From: Spirochaetaceae bacterium
GTDB taxonomy: Bacteria > Spirochaetota > Spirochaetia > Treponematales > Treponemataceae
Assembly: GCA_017416145.1 (NCBI GenBank)
Contig: JAFQDD010000010.1
Location: 93,036-157,035, forward strand
Length of the DNA: 64,000 nucleotides
Direction: 5' to 3'
How positions within the stretch are numbered: the first letter of the stretch is position 1; the number at the start of each line of letters is the position of its first letter. Below the pieces are notes generated by a model. That model saw only the letters and a program-made list of their open reading frames with translations. It ran no database searches and was not told where the DNA came from. The translations under genes were made by a program, and so were the position numbers. Positions 42,511-53,424 of the stretch are shown in pieces.

Positions 42511-43629
42511 TTATGAAGCCCGAGCTTCTAGTACATTTTCTACATTGTCTGGAAGTAGTTCAAAAAAGTCATAACCTGTGGCTGTTTCAATTTCATCAAT
42601 TGTAGTTTTGTAAGTTTCCCAAGTTGCATCTTTGTGAACATTATCCTGATTTGGAATCATTACCGCAATTACAGTTGCATCAGTACTGATTCTTTCCAAA
42701 TCATTTGAGCCCTCTGGGAAAGAAACAATTACCTTCCAAGTGTAAGCTGGAACTTCCATTTTTATTATTTCACCAGATTTTAATTTAATATCCACAGATT
42801 CAAAAGAACCTTTGTCACTAGAGCCTCCCACACCGTAAACTCCAGCAATAATATAAAGTTCATTTCCTTCCAAAGCTAAATCTCTTTCGTATTCCTCAAG
42901 CAAACGCCATACAACACGATTTGAATCTGGAGCTTGTGGAACCATATTTGTCATCAAGAAAGTCATACTATTATCTTCTTGAGTTGCTGTTCTATCAGCA
43001 GATGGACAAACGTGACCTCGGTCAAATCCATACTTGTTATATTGATAATCAGCTTTTTTGATACCATACCAGTCCTCTGGCAATTCATCATCAGGACGGA
43101 AATCATCAGCCCGATCAGCTTTTCCAATATCACTTGTTTGTAAGTGCCAAGCAACCCAGTTTGGAATGTACTTTTCATTATTGTATGAAATTGTAAACTG
43201 AGGTTTTTCCATCAAATAGTTTGTTCCGCTGGATTTTGAAGCGATTGCATCTGATGGATTTCCTAGATACAACCCAGTGTTTTCAGCATGATTTTGGTCG
43301 TGTTCTGTAATATTATTTGCAGAACTTCCAGTTGAAACACTTGTTTTTGGAGCAGAAGGCGACGGTTTCGCTTCTTTCCAAGACAAATCGACACCAGTTT
43401 CCTTTGCAATAACAGCCCCAGGATCATTTAAAAATTGTTTCCATAAAGGCTCTTCTGTTAAATAAATTGCAAAGTCAAAACTATCTTCCTGCATTGAGAT
43501 TGCAGGTTTCCCACATACATACCACGCAATAGCAGCTATTACTACTATGACAGTAAAAACAGAGGCGAGTTTCCCACCCTTTTTCTTCTTATTTGAAGAT
43601 TTCGCTTTTGTTGTTTTCTTTGTTGCCAT
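42511..43629 (-). CDS. Membrane-anchored DNA/RNA non-specific endonuclease (NucA/EndA beta-beta-alpha-Me family)
   Basis: An N-terminal Lys-rich segment plus a TM anchor is present. The active-site region is FDRGHVCPSADR, followed by ...NMVPQ. Confidence 0.75.
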   Translation of the reverse strand: MATKKTTKAKSSNKKKKGGKLASVFTVIVVIAAIAWYVCGKPAISMQEDSFDFAIYLTEEPLWKQFLNDPGAVIAKETGVDLSWKEAKPSPSAPKTSVSTGSSANNITEHDQNHAENTGLYLGNPSDAIASKSSGTNYLMEKPQFTISYNNEKYIPNWVAWHLQTSDIGKADRADDFRPDDELPEDWYGIKKADYQYNKYGFDRGHVCPSADRTATQEDNSMTFLMTNMVPQAPDSNRVVWRLLEEYERDLALEGNELYIIAGVYGVGGSSDKGSFESVDIKLKSGEIIKMEVPAYTWKVIVSFPEGSNDLERISTDATVIAVMIPNQDNVHKDATWETYKTTIDEIETATGYDFFELLPDNVENVLEARAS

Positions 43630-43702
43630 AATTTAGATAGTATCACAAGAAAGTTCTATTCTAAATTCTAATTCTTGTTTTTTTATTAAAAAATTAAGTT
43701 TA

Positions 43703-45094
43703 TTATAGTTTTTGGAGATTTTTTTGATTTTTATCCAACTCTTTATAAGTAAAAAACAAAAATATCCCAGATGTAATTGCCGAAATTGTTGAAGCAATTG
43801 GTTCTGCCCATAGAATTCCGTTCACGCCAATAAAATTTGGCAAAATCAGTGCCAAAGGAATAAGTAAAATCACCTTTCGGAGCAAAGCGATAAACAAAGA
43901 AGTTTTTGCCTTCCCAAGTCCCACAAAAGTTCTCTGGGCTGCCATCTGAATCCCAAAAATCCAAACCGCACCAAAATAAATTGGCAAAACCTGACAAGTA
44001 ACCAAAAGCAAATCTATATTAGAAGTAAAAATCCTAGCAATTTGCATCGGGAAAAGTGGTACTAAAACCCCCATAACGATAGAAGCGGAAAAAGAAATCA
44101 CGAGCATTTTTTTGATAGCATCCTTTACCCTATCAATTTTTTTCGCCCCGTAGTTATAACTCAAAATCGGTTGAACCCCATCTGTAAAACCAGACAAAGG
44201 CACAAAGCACATTTGCATAATACTTTGCATAATAGTCATTGCACCGACATACAAGTCACCACCATATTTTTGTAGTCCCGAGTTAAAAACCACAAAAATC
44301 GCACTTTCTGTTGATTGCATAATAAAAGGCGAAATCCCCAAAGATGAAATTTTTCCAATAATTTTTGGCCGAAACCTAACAATCTTCACAGAAAGAGGCA
44401 AAGCCGATTTTTTCGAAGCTAAAAACCGAATTATCCAAATTGCACTAATTCCTTGAGAAATTATCGTTGCAAAAGCAGCACCTCTTACCCCAAGATTCAA
44501 GCCAAAAATGAAAATCGGATCCAGAATAATATTTGCCACCGCCCCAATAATCACTGAGGCCATAGCAGTTTTTGCAAAACCCTGACAAGAAATAAAAGGA
44601 TTCAAACCAATTGATATTTGAACAAAAAGAGTTCCAATGAGGTAAATCTCTAGATAATCCTTTGCAAAAGGTAATGTATTTTCACTAGCACCAAAGGCCA
44701 ATAAAATCGGTTCTTTAAAAAGATAGAAAAAAACAGACAAAACTAGGGAAAATCCAATTATCATAATAATTACATTCCCAAGAATTTCATTAGCTTTTTC
44801 TTTTGCTTTTGCATCATATTCTGATTTTCCAAGCTCGATAGCAGCTAGAGGAGCACCACCTGCTCCAGCGAAAGCACTAAAAGCTGAAATCAGCGTAATT
44901 ATAGGAAAGCAAATTCCTAGTCCCGTTAAAGCAAGAGAACTCCCTTCTTCAATATGTCCAATATAAATCCTGTCCACAATATTGTACAGAATATTTATTA
45001 CCTGAGCCACAATAGAAGGCAAAGCTAATTTCGCCATCAATTTCCCAATAGGAGCACTTCCTAATAATGATTGTTTCTCTTGTTGCATACTCAT
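43703..45094 (-). CDS. MATE family efflux transporter
   Basis: This 463-aa, 12-TM-type protein has an N-terminal ...LALPSIVAQVINILYNIVDRIYIG pattern. Confidence 0.8.
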   Translation of the reverse strand: MSMQQEKQSLLGSAPIGKLMAKLALPSIVAQVINILYNIVDRIYIGHIEEGSSLALTGLGICFPIITLISAFSAFAGAGGAPLAAIELGKSEYDAKAKEKANEILGNVIIMIIGFSLVLSVFFYLFKEPILLAFGASENTLPFAKDYLEIYLIGTLFVQISIGLNPFISCQGFAKTAMASVIIGAVANIILDPIFIFGLNLGVRGAAFATIISQGISAIWIIRFLASKKSALPLSVKIVRFRPKIIGKISSLGISPFIMQSTESAIFVVFNSGLQKYGGDLYVGAMTIMQSIMQMCFVPLSGFTDGVQPILSYNYGAKKIDRVKDAIKKMLVISFSASIVMGVLVPLFPMQIARIFTSNIDLLLVTCQVLPIYFGAVWIFGIQMAAQRTFVGLGKAKTSLFIALLRKVILLIPLALILPNFIGVNGILWAEPIASTISAITSGIFLFFTYKELDKNQKNLQKL

Positions 45095-45097
45095 TTT

Positions 45098-46090
45098 TTA
45101 TAAACCTAAACTAGCAATATAATTTGCAAAAAAGAATTTTCCAAAAACATATTTATTACAAGCAGATTCAAACATTGTTATCACTTTTTCATGATTTTGA
45201 ATTGATATAATGTCTAAATCTTCACTCATCGCAGGAGCTTTTACAGTTTTACTTGGCTCTGTCAAAAAGTACAAATCTGCTCCATTGTATGATGTGCCAG
45301 TTTTTACAATTTTCTCTGGTTCATAAATATAAAACTTAGAAGAATTTACACTCCAACTTGTTGATAAAACAATTGTCCCATCAGATTTTACACAAAATCC
45401 CTGTACCAATTCTGGAATCGAATATACTGCCAAAGGTTTTGATAAATCAGAAATATCATACTTTTCTACAATCGCATAATGAGTTTGTCCATTATATGAA
45501 ATCTCGTTTGTACATGGATATTCTGGATTTTTGTGAAATTCGCCAACATATAAAAAATTTTCTTTTCCGTAAACAAAAGAAGTATTTGAGTTTAGTTTAA
45601 TTGGTAAACCAATTTCGATTTTCGTACCATTTTTTTGATAAACAGAAGCTGCTGTAAATTTATACAAACTATTTCCTTCATTTGCCAAATAAAAATACCC
45701 GTTAGAATATTGGATTCCTCCAGTATGTCCTACAAAGCTTCTTCCATCACTAATCAAAGGAAAGTGTTTTACTTCACCAGTTATGTAATCTACTGTGTAA
45801 ATCCGACTATTTGTGTCATCAGCCATATATCCAACTGTTACAAATAAATTATCACAATGAGTTATACCTTGTGGCACGAAATTTTCTGACAATCCTGGGT
45901 TTTTAGCTTCTTTTGAGAGAAGTGAAAAATATTCGTTATAATACCCAAATTTAAAAAGATTCAATCCAAGCAAAACTAACAAAACCAAAGCTAGGACAAA
46001 TCCAACCAAAACACAAAAAAACTTAAATAAAATAATAAGAGGTTTACTTATACTCATAATCGAAGTATAGCAAAGTTTTTTACATATCAT
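45098..46090 (-). CDS. Hypothetical membrane-anchored protein
   Basis: The 330-aa ORF has an N-terminal TM helix. The remainder is beta-rich. No family was recognised. Confidence 0.45.
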   Translation of the reverse strand: MICKKLCYTSIMSISKPLIILFKFFCVLVGFVLALVLLVLLGLNLFKFGYYNEYFSLLSKEAKNPGLSENFVPQGITHCDNLFVTVGYMADDTNSRIYTVDYITGEVKHFPLISDGRSFVGHTGGIQYSNGYFYLANEGNSLYKFTAASVYQKNGTKIEIGLPIKLNSNTSFVYGKENFLYVGEFHKNPEYPCTNEISYNGQTHYAIVEKYDISDLSKPLAVYSIPELVQGFCVKSDGTIVLSTSWSVNSSKFYIYEPEKIVKTGTSYNGADLYFLTEPSKTVKAPAMSEDLDIISIQNHEKVITMFESACNKYVFGKFFFANYIASLGL

Positions 46091-46186
46091 AAAGATAATT
46101 TTATTATTATTCTCGGATTTTAAAGTTCTACTTTTTTTCTTTCAATTTTATTTGCTATTCACTTTAAGTAGTGATATTCTTAATCT

Positions 46187-47242
46187 ATGAAAGTGTTATC
46201 CGAAAAAAAACCTCTAAAAGCCCTTGTTGCTGATGACAGTGCATCAATTAGAACTTTAGTTAAACATACTCTTACAAAAATGGGATATGAAGTTACAGAA
46301 TGTACAAATGGTACAGATGTTTGGAAACTTATTAGAAAGGGAACATATTTTAATATCTTCATTTTGGATTGGGTTATGCCAGGTCTTTCTGGAGTTGATA
46401 TTTGTAAAAAAATTAGAAGTTCAAACACTACTGACTATCAATATATTTTATTATTAACTGGAAATGGTGGCACAAATGATATGATTGAAGGTCTTGAAAG
46501 CGGAGCTGATGATTATCTTGTAAAACCAGTTTCAATTCCTGAATTAAGAGCTAGAATCAAAATCGGAGAAAGACTTTTTGACTATGAGAGTCGCTTAAAA
46601 AACGAAGAAGAAAATATTCGTATTTCTTGTTATAAAACTTTAACAGAACTTGCAGAAGCTAGAGACCACGAAACAGGTACTCATCTTTCAAGAATTGCGG
46701 GATTAGCTCGTTGTCTTGCAGAAGCAGCTGGATGTTCTCCAGACTTTTGTGCTGATATTGAAATGTTTTCTCCAATGCACGATATTGGAAAAGTTGGAAT
46801 CCCAGACGGAATTTTACATTTACCAAGACGTCTAACAGATGCAGAATTCGCCATTATGAAAACCCACGCAGAAATCGGTTACCAAATCTTAAAAGATAAA
46901 GAAACATTGGAAACCGCAGCAGAGATTGCTTATACACATCACGAGAGATGGGACGGACAAGGTTATCCACAGGGTTTGGAAAAAGAAAATATTCCTCTTT
47001 CTGGAAGAATCGTTGCTATTGCAGATACTTATGATGCTTTGCGGTCAATTAGACCTTATAAACTACCTTTCAACCACGAAGAATCTGCTGAATGGATAAA
47101 AAAATCTTCTGGAACAGTCTTTGATCCAGATTTAGTCAAAGCATTCACAAAAGTTGAACACAAAATGGAAGAAATCTTTAACTCTCAATATGATCCAAAA
47201 TTAGCAGAAGCTATATTAAAAAAGAGTTTAGACGCACTCTGA
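46187..47242 (+). CDS. Response regulator receiver plus HD-GYP domain protein (c-di-GMP phosphodiesterase, RpfG-like)
   Basis: The REC domain has ...ILDWVMPGLSG and KP motifs. The HD-GYP domain has HDIGK and HHERWDGQGYP. Confidence 0.85.
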   Translation: MKVLSEKKPLKALVADDSASIRTLVKHTLTKMGYEVTECTNGTDVWKLIRKGTYFNIFILDWVMPGLSGVDICKKIRSSNTTDYQYILLLTGNGGTNDMIEGLESGADDYLVKPVSIPELRARIKIGERLFDYESRLKNEEENIRISCYKTLTELAEARDHETGTHLSRIAGLARCLAEAAGCSPDFCADIEMFSPMHDIGKVGIPDGILHLPRRLTDAEFAIMKTHAEIGYQILKDKETLETAAEIAYTHHERWDGQGYPQGLEKENIPLSGRIVAIADTYDALRSIRPYKLPFNHEESAEWIKKSSGTVFDPDLVKAFTKVEHKMEEIFNSQYDPKLAEAILKKSLDAL

Positions 47243-47284
47243 TTTTTATATTTTCCAGCGTAAACTTAAACAAATTCTTTTTAC

Positions 47285-47322
47285 AAAAAAAACCGAGACA
47301 GATTTTTCTATCTCGGTTTTTT
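47285..47322. terminator. Bidirectional terminator between convergent HD-GYP and STAS genes
   Basis: An A8 run is followed by CCGAGACAGA-tttt-TCTATCTCGG and a T6 run. Confidence 0.75.
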
Positions 47323-47337
47323 GTTTCTCAAAAAAAC

Positions 47338-47907
47338 TTATCCTAAGAACACTTGACCTTGATTATCTATAGCCAAGATTGTCTTACATTCTGAACATCT
47401 AAAACGTCCAGATTTTGTAGCTTTTAAGCGCTTTGAACAAACTGGGCAAGAAAAGATTTTTGGAAAAATCTCATCTTCAACAACAGTTTCTTGCTTAAAG
47501 AACTGGACTGCTTCATCTGTTGAATCTTTGATATTAAAAAATTGTGAAAAACCTAAAAGTTGGAAAACTTCGTATACCTTTGGCTGTATTTCCAAAAGAA
47601 CAACATCGCCACCCTTTGGTTTAACTTGTTTTAGAAAAGCTGTAAAAGAACCTATACCTGTTGAAGATACGTAATTCAATGCAGCACAGTTAAAAATTAA
47701 ATTTACATATCCTGCATCAACAACTGTTGCGACTCTTTTTTGGAAAAAACTTGAATTGTATGTGTCAATATATCCATTTAGATACAAAACTACACAATTT
47801 TCTACAGCATCTACTTTTTCTAGATTGATTTTTAAACTATCGTCTCTTTCGTCGTTAAAACCTGGTACAAGATTGTTATTTATGCTCATACGCCTCCAAT
47901 GTCCCAA
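47338..47907 (-). CDS. STAS-domain (anti-sigma-factor-antagonist-like) protein with a C-terminal CxxC...CxxC zinc ribbon
   Basis: The STAS core is ...VLYLNGYIDTYNS...LNYVSSTGIG.... The C-terminus is CPVCSKRLKATKSGRFRCSECKTIL. Confidence 0.65.
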   Translation of the reverse strand: MGHWRRMSINNNLVPGFNDERDDSLKINLEKVDAVENCVVLYLNGYIDTYNSSFFQKRVATVVDAGYVNLIFNCAALNYVSSTGIGSFTAFLKQVKPKGGDVVLLEIQPKVYEVFQLLGFSQFFNIKDSTDEAVQFFKQETVVEDEIFPKIFSCPVCSKRLKATKSGRFRCSECKTILAIDNQGQVFLG

Positions 47908-48051
47908 AATCTTCGGTATTCTTAAATTTTATTTTACATTGTGATAAATACGTGATTTACCTCTTATATATTAAACCATTGATGAATGTTATGTCAAACT
48001 AAATTCTCTCAAAAAGTAAAATTTTCTCAAAAATCTCCATTTTTTCCAATA

Positions 48052-48810
48052 TTATGGCATCCATCCTTCATCTACATTTAGCAAAACACCGTTCAAACTA
48101 CCATTTTTTAGTAAGAAGGAAGCTGCTTCCCCAACATTTTTTTCAGCAATTAACTTTCCCTGAGGCATTTTTGCAGCTAGAATTTCTTTTGTAGATTCTG
48201 AAAGATATTCAGTTTCCATAAATCCTGGTAAAATGGCATTACAAGTTATCCCATATTTCCCATATTCAGCGGCAACAGATTTTACCAAGCTACACAAAGC
48301 AGTTTTTGCACCACCATAAGCAGCATTGGTTCTGTATCCATTTATGGAATATGTTCTTGTTCCGCCAAAAACCAATATTCGTCCGAATCCTTTTTCCATC
48401 ATTGATGGTAAAGCATTGCTTATCAATTGTCCTGGAAAAGTATAATTCCAATAAACAATGGATTCCCAGTCTTCAAAAGTTGTTTTATGCAACTCTTTTT
48501 GCAAAAAAGGACCATAACATACAATAAGAATATCGGCAGAATTTACATAAAAATTTAATGAGGTAATATTATTCTCGTTTTTAGTAAAATTTTGATGTAA
48601 AAGAGTAATTGTGTTTTTTCTTTGATTTAATTTTGTCTTTTGTATTTCTTCAAATTGATTTTCTAACTTTTTTAATTTTTCAAGATTTCTACCTTGCACA
48701 ATGAGATTTACATTTTCCTTTGCCAAAGTCAAGGCAATTTCTTTTCCAAGACCACCGCTTCCACCAATTATCAGGACGGTTTTGTTTTCAATTGATTTTT
48801 CCATATTCAT
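48052..48810 (-). CDS. SDR-family oxidoreductase
   Basis: GGSGGLGKEIA (TGxxxGxG-like) and YGGAK (YxxxK) motifs are present. The start is uncertain: ATG at 48810, or a TTG ORF extension to 48870. Confidence 0.7.
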   Translation of the reverse strand: MNMEKSIENKTVLIIGGSGGLGKEIALTLAKENVNLIVQGRNLEKLKKLENQFEEIQKTKLNQRKNTITLLHQNFTKNENNITSLNFYVNSADILIVCYGPFLQKELHKTTFEDWESIVYWNYTFPGQLISNALPSMMEKGFGRILVFGGTRTYSINGYRTNAAYGGAKTALCSLVKSVAAEYGKYGITCNAILPGFMETEYLSESTKEILAAKMPQGKLIAEKNVGEAASFLLKNGSLNGVLLNVDEGWMP

Positions 48811-48904
48811 ATTATAATTATTGAAATAAGTTTTGTACAGAAAATCACAAATATTGTGGAACCTAAACAAAAACTCTCAATAAACTTGTTTACTCTTTGA
48901 CTTC

Positions 48905-49861
48905 GTGCTATTCTATTATGTAATGAAGAAGTCCTTGTATCTTTTTTTAGTATATATTGTCATCTTTTTGTTTATGTCTGCTGTGGCTGCGTATTTATAT
49001 ATGCAAGAAATTCAGTTGACTTTGTTAGTTGCAGGAACAAAACTTCCTTTTATTAATTTTAAACTCTTTGCACGAGGATTATTATATTATTTTCCATTGT
49101 GCAGTGCCCTTTCTCTTTTACCATTTTGTTTTTATCTTATTCGTCATAAGTTTAAATTGGTTCAATATTTGATTCCTTATATCATAATTTGTATCATTGT
49201 GTTTTTTGGAATCTTCCCATTAGGTATAGAACTTCATGAAAATTTTTCGGAATTTCTAAGTCCTATTCAAAAACAGCTTACCCCCCTTTCTTCTGGATAT
49301 TTTAGGACTTCTGATTCTCACATTGATTATTATATTTCTACAAATCCAGATGGAAGTTCAGAAATTTTACACATTTCACGACCTACAAATACAAACTTAG
49401 CAACAGAAATTTCCACAAAAACTGTATATCAAACTTTGGCTGCAAACAATGGATTTTCTGATCCGTTAATTTATGATGTTTTTGGTTCTGACAATCATCT
49501 TTCTTTTCTAAAATCCTCTTTAAGATTCTTAGAATTGAAAATGAAAGGTGCTTATCACAAGGGATTTTGGGCTTTTTTCGGTTTTATGAGTATTGGATTT
49601 GCCCTTTCTTCTGTTATTGGATTACGTCGAGTGGCAAACTGGCGATTGCTTAATTTAATAAATATGCTTTTATCCTACTTTGGAATAATCGTTATAAATG
49701 TAATTTTATATTCCTATCAATTTTATGAAACATTTCCTTTTTTGGCTGGAGCTAAATATTGGTTACCAATCGTAGTAAATGCTTTGATATTTTTAATTTT
49801 TACAACTTTGGGAATTTTCTGTGCTGTTTCAAAAGTTGATCCAAACAGGGAGAGCGATTGA
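48905..49861 (+). CDS. Hypothetical polytopic membrane protein
   Basis: The 318-aa ORF has multiple TM helices. It appears translationally coupled to the next ORF (TGATG overlap). Confidence 0.5.
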   Translation: MLFYYVMKKSLYLFLVYIVIFLFMSAVAAYLYMQEIQLTLLVAGTKLPFINFKLFARGLLYYFPLCSALSLLPFCFYLIRHKFKLVQYLIPYIIICIIVFFGIFPLGIELHENFSEFLSPIQKQLTPLSSGYFRTSDSHIDYYISTNPDGSSEILHISRPTNTNLATEISTKTVYQTLAANNGFSDPLIYDVFGSDNHLSFLKSSLRFLELKMKGAYHKGFWAFFGFMSIGFALSSVIGLRRVANWRLLNLINMLLSYFGIIVINVILYSYQFYETFPFLAGAKYWLPIVVNALIFLIFTTLGIFCAVSKVDPNRESD

Positions 49862-51684
49862 TGAAACCAATATTCAAGACAATTATTATTATTTTTGCCT
49901 ATATGATTATCTGTTTTTTGGGATGTATGATTCTTGCTATATTCCAAGATAATCCTTATGCAGGAACAGTTTTACCCCACAACTCATTTTTCTACAAAAT
50001 CCTTCAAGGAATTCTTATTTTTGTAGATTTATTGCCTTCGATTTGTGGAACTTGGGCTTTGATTGGTTTGTCTTGGGGATTTTCACAAAAATCAGTAAAT
50101 ATGAAGCGATTTTCAAAGATTCAACTAGAAAACCTAAAATCAGTTTTGATAGTTAGTCTTATTTCTACTGTTTTATGCTTTGTTTTTTCCGAATTTGTAC
50201 GCCCAATTTGCAATAGTAAAAAAACAAAAATCGAAAACGAAGCTCAAAATTACATAGATTTTTTCTATTATGCAAATCAATACAAATCCCAAAAAAAATA
50301 TGACTTAGCTGAGTTTTATGTGGAAAATGCACTTAAAATTTATCCAAATTCAGAAAAGGCTTTGGCTCTTTCTAAAGAAATTGAATATTTAAGTGTAGAC
50401 ACAGTTTCTGAGGAATACGATTCCCTTGAAGAAATGGCAAAATATGTAGCTCATATTGATTCTTCGCCCAAAACACCAGACGAAGAAATTTTGTATTTAC
50501 TAGAAACTTCCCTTTCTCACTACGAAAACGGAGATTATTTTAATTCTCATTATTATGCAACTCAAGCTCAATATCTTTCTGCAGAAGGCTCCTTAAATCA
50601 TCAGGCTGCAAAAAATATCGCCGCTGATTCTTGGAACAAGATTTCTGCAACAGAAAATAAATATGACAAGGATTTAGCCGAATTATTTGCAGAAAAAAAG
50701 CGGGGTTATGTTGCTCTTTTGGAAGAAGATTACATAAAAGCCTATTACATTTTTGAAAATTTGATAGATCAAGGTTTTAATGACAAGGATATTTTCTTTT
50801 ACAAGGATATTTCCGAGCAAGGTTTACTTAATATTACATTTTTTACAGATGAAACTGATGCTTTAAGACGTTTTGAATCTTTCCGAGATGTTTATTTTAC
50901 AATTACAAGTGATGACGGAAAAAAAGACGTAATTTATATTCGTGGAATTACAATTTTGGAAGATGCCGGACAATTTGTGCAATATTTTAGAAATTTCTCT
51001 ATGTATTCCTACGACAAACAGGGAAAATTCTTAAAGTCTGTTTTTACTCCGTATGCGAAAATGATTGCATTACCTGTGAAATCTCTCGGAAATTCTTTAA
51101 GTAATAACGAAGAAATTAACAAAAATGGTTATGTTCCGTACGTTCTGCTAAAAAGTGTAGACAGATTTTCTTCAAATACACAAGTTTCACCAAAATACAA
51201 TTTCGCAGAAGATTATCCTTTTAAATCAGAAGAAAATTATTTGATTTTGGAAATGCCTTACGAAGATTTTAACTTAATCCGCCAAGCATCAATTGGTCAC
51301 AAAGAAATGCCAATTCCTTCTTTGTTTCAATTTGCAAAAAAAGCAGCAAACTACGGTTATTCTTCTGCAATTTTTTCTTACTCACTAACTTCAAGAATAT
51401 GTTATCCTTTATTCCTGATGATATGTTTTATCTGTGTAGGATTATTTGCTTGGAATTATCGTCTTATGCCTGGTAGACGGATTTCTTTCCGCTGGTATCT
51501 AACTTTTCCATTATTAAATATTTTAGTATTTTTGGTTTATCACGTTTTAGATTACTTTGGAAATATCTTTTTCTTTACATTGTTTGGTTCAATTGGCACT
51601 GTAGCAAATTTTGCGGCTCCGATTATTCTCGTTTTAGCACTTTTTATTTCTGGACTCGCTTTTCTAAGTTCCCACGGTGAATAA
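49861..51684 (+). CDS. Hypothetical membrane protein with a central TPR-like soluble region
   Basis: The roughly 607-aa ORF has N- and C-terminal TM clusters. Its ATG at 49861 overlaps the upstream stop. Confidence 0.5.
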   Translation: MKPIFKTIIIIFAYMIICFLGCMILAIFQDNPYAGTVLPHNSFFYKILQGILIFVDLLPSICGTWALIGLSWGFSQKSVNMKRFSKIQLENLKSVLIVSLISTVLCFVFSEFVRPICNSKKTKIENEAQNYIDFFYYANQYKSQKKYDLAEFYVENALKIYPNSEKALALSKEIEYLSVDTVSEEYDSLEEMAKYVAHIDSSPKTPDEEILYLLETSLSHYENGDYFNSHYYATQAQYLSAEGSLNHQAAKNIAADSWNKISATENKYDKDLAELFAEKKRGYVALLEEDYIKAYYIFENLIDQGFNDKDIFFYKDISEQGLLNITFFTDETDALRRFESFRDVYFTITSDDGKKDVIYIRGITILEDAGQFVQYFRNFSMYSYDKQGKFLKSVFTPYAKMIALPVKSLGNSLSNNEEINKNGYVPYVLLKSVDRFSSNTQVSPKYNFAEDYPFKSEENYLILEMPYEDFNLIRQASIGHKEMPIPSLFQFAKKAANYGYSSAIFSYSLTSRICYPLFLMICFICVGLFAWNYRLMPGRRISFRWYLTFPLLNILVFLVYHVLDYFGNIFFFTLFGSIGTVANFAAPIILVLALFISGLAFLSSHGE

Positions 51685-51732
51685 GCTCATTTTTTTCTTG
51701 TGGACTTTGTATTTTCCTTGTAAAATATAAAA

Positions 51733-53406
51733 ATGCTTACAGATATAGAAATTGCTCAAAACACAAAACTAACAAATATTGAAGAAATTGCAAAAAGTAT
51801 TGGTCTTTCAGAAGATGATTTAGACTTATACGGAAAATACAAGGCAAAAATCACACTTAAAAAACTTCGAGAACTACAATCAGCTCCCAAAAAAGGAAAA
51901 CTGATTCTAGTTACCGCCATTACCCCAACTCCAGCTGGAGAAGGGAAATCAACTATGTCTATTGCCTTAGCAGACGGAATCCGAAAAATTGGGAAAAAAT
52001 CTTGCCTTGCTCTACGAGAGCCTTCTCTTGGGCCTTGTTTTGGAATAAAAGGTGGCGCTTGTGGCGGCGGCTATGCACAAGTTGTTCCAATGGAAGACAT
52101 TAATCTTCACTTTACTGGGGATATTCACGCTATTTCCATTGCAAATAATCTTATTGCCGCCCTAATCGATAACCACATTCAACAGGGAAATCAACTTAAC
52201 ATTGACCCACGAACAATCACTTGGAAACGCTGTATCGACCTAAACGACCGAGCTTTGCGAAAAATCGTAATCGGCCTTGGAGGTAGAACAGAAGGAATTC
52301 CACGGGAAGACGGTTTTAACATTTCAGTTGCCAGTGAAATTATGGCTATAATTTGTTTATCCCGCACAATATCAGAATTAAAAACACGACTAGACAATAT
52401 TATCATTGCCAAAAATTACAACAAAGAACCTGTTTTGCTAAAAGATTTAAAGGTTTCTGGAGCAGTTGCCGCCTTGTTAAAAGACACAATCCGCCCAAAC
52501 CTTGTGCAAACTCTGGAAAAAACTCCTGCTTTTATCCACGGTGGACCTTTTGCAAATATTGCCCACGGATGTAACAGCATTAACGCCACAGAATGTGCCT
52601 TAGCTTTGGGAGATTACGTTGTTACAGAAGCAGGATTTGCAGCGGATTTAGGTGCTGAAAAGTTTTTAGACATTAAGGCTCGAATTGCAGGTTTACATCC
52701 AAGTGCAGTTATGGTGGTTGCTACAATTAGAGCTTTAAAAATGCACGGCGGCGTTTCAAAAGATGATATGAAAATCTCAAACGTGGAAGCCTTGAAAAAA
52801 GGATTTTTAAACTTAAAAACCCATGTTGAAAATCTTGGAAAGTTCAAGGTGCCAGTTGTAATTTGTATAAATCAATTTTCTACTGACACAGAAGAAGAAA
52901 TTCAAGCTTTGAACGCTGAATGTAAAAGCATAAACACTCCAGTTGTGCTTTGTACAGGCCACGGAAAAGGAGGCGAAGGCTCAATAGAACTTGCAAAAAA
53001 AGTTTGCGAAGTTTGCGATTCAGAAACTTCTCAATATCAACAACTTTATCCATTGGAAATGCCTTTAGAGGAAAAGATTCGCACAGTTGCAAAAGAAATC
53101 TACCGAGCAAAAGACGTTTCCTTTAGCGACACAGCCAAGAAAAAACTTGCAGAATACACTGCTATGGGCTACGGCAACCTTCCAATTTGTGTGGCAAAAA
53201 CCCAATATTCTTTTTCTCACGATAAAAAGTTAATCGGTGCTCCAAAAGATTTTATCTTTCCAATTCAGGATGTTCGCTTGTATTCTGGAGCAGGTTTTGT
53301 TGTTCCACTTGCTGGGGATATTATGACAATGCCAGGACTTCCAAAAGTTCCAGCAGCCTGTAACATAGACGTAGACGACGACGGTGTAATAACTGGGCTT
53401 TTCTAG
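51733..53406 (+). CDS. fhs: Formate--tetrahydrofolate ligase
   Basis: The motifs PTPAGEGKST and CLALREPSLGP.FGIKGGA.GGGY are diagnostic. Length is 557 aa. Confidence 0.93.
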   Translation: MLTDIEIAQNTKLTNIEEIAKSIGLSEDDLDLYGKYKAKITLKKLRELQSAPKKGKLILVTAITPTPAGEGKSTMSIALADGIRKIGKKSCLALREPSLGPCFGIKGGACGGGYAQVVPMEDINLHFTGDIHAISIANNLIAALIDNHIQQGNQLNIDPRTITWKRCIDLNDRALRKIVIGLGGRTEGIPREDGFNISVASEIMAIICLSRTISELKTRLDNIIIAKNYNKEPVLLKDLKVSGAVAALLKDTIRPNLVQTLEKTPAFIHGGPFANIAHGCNSINATECALALGDYVVTEAGFAADLGAEKFLDIKARIAGLHPSAVMVVATIRALKMHGGVSKDDMKISNVEALKKGFLNLKTHVENLGKFKVPVVICINQFSTDTEEEIQALNAECKSINTPVVLCTGHGKGGEGSIELAKKVCEVCDSETSQYQQLYPLEMPLEEKIRTVAKEIYRAKDVSFSDTAKKKLAEYTAMGYGNLPICVAKTQYSFSHDKKLIGAPKDFIFPIQDVRLYSGAGFVVPLAGDIMTMPGLPKVPAACNIDVDDDGVITGLF

Positions 53407-53424
53407 TTTCGCCAGAAAAACAAC

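Noticed and set aside
46529-46538. 10-nt match (gtttcaattc) to the start of the CRISPR repeat inside the HD-GYP gene
   Set aside because: Only 10 nt match, with no continuation. It lies within a well-supported coding region, so it is treated as chance.
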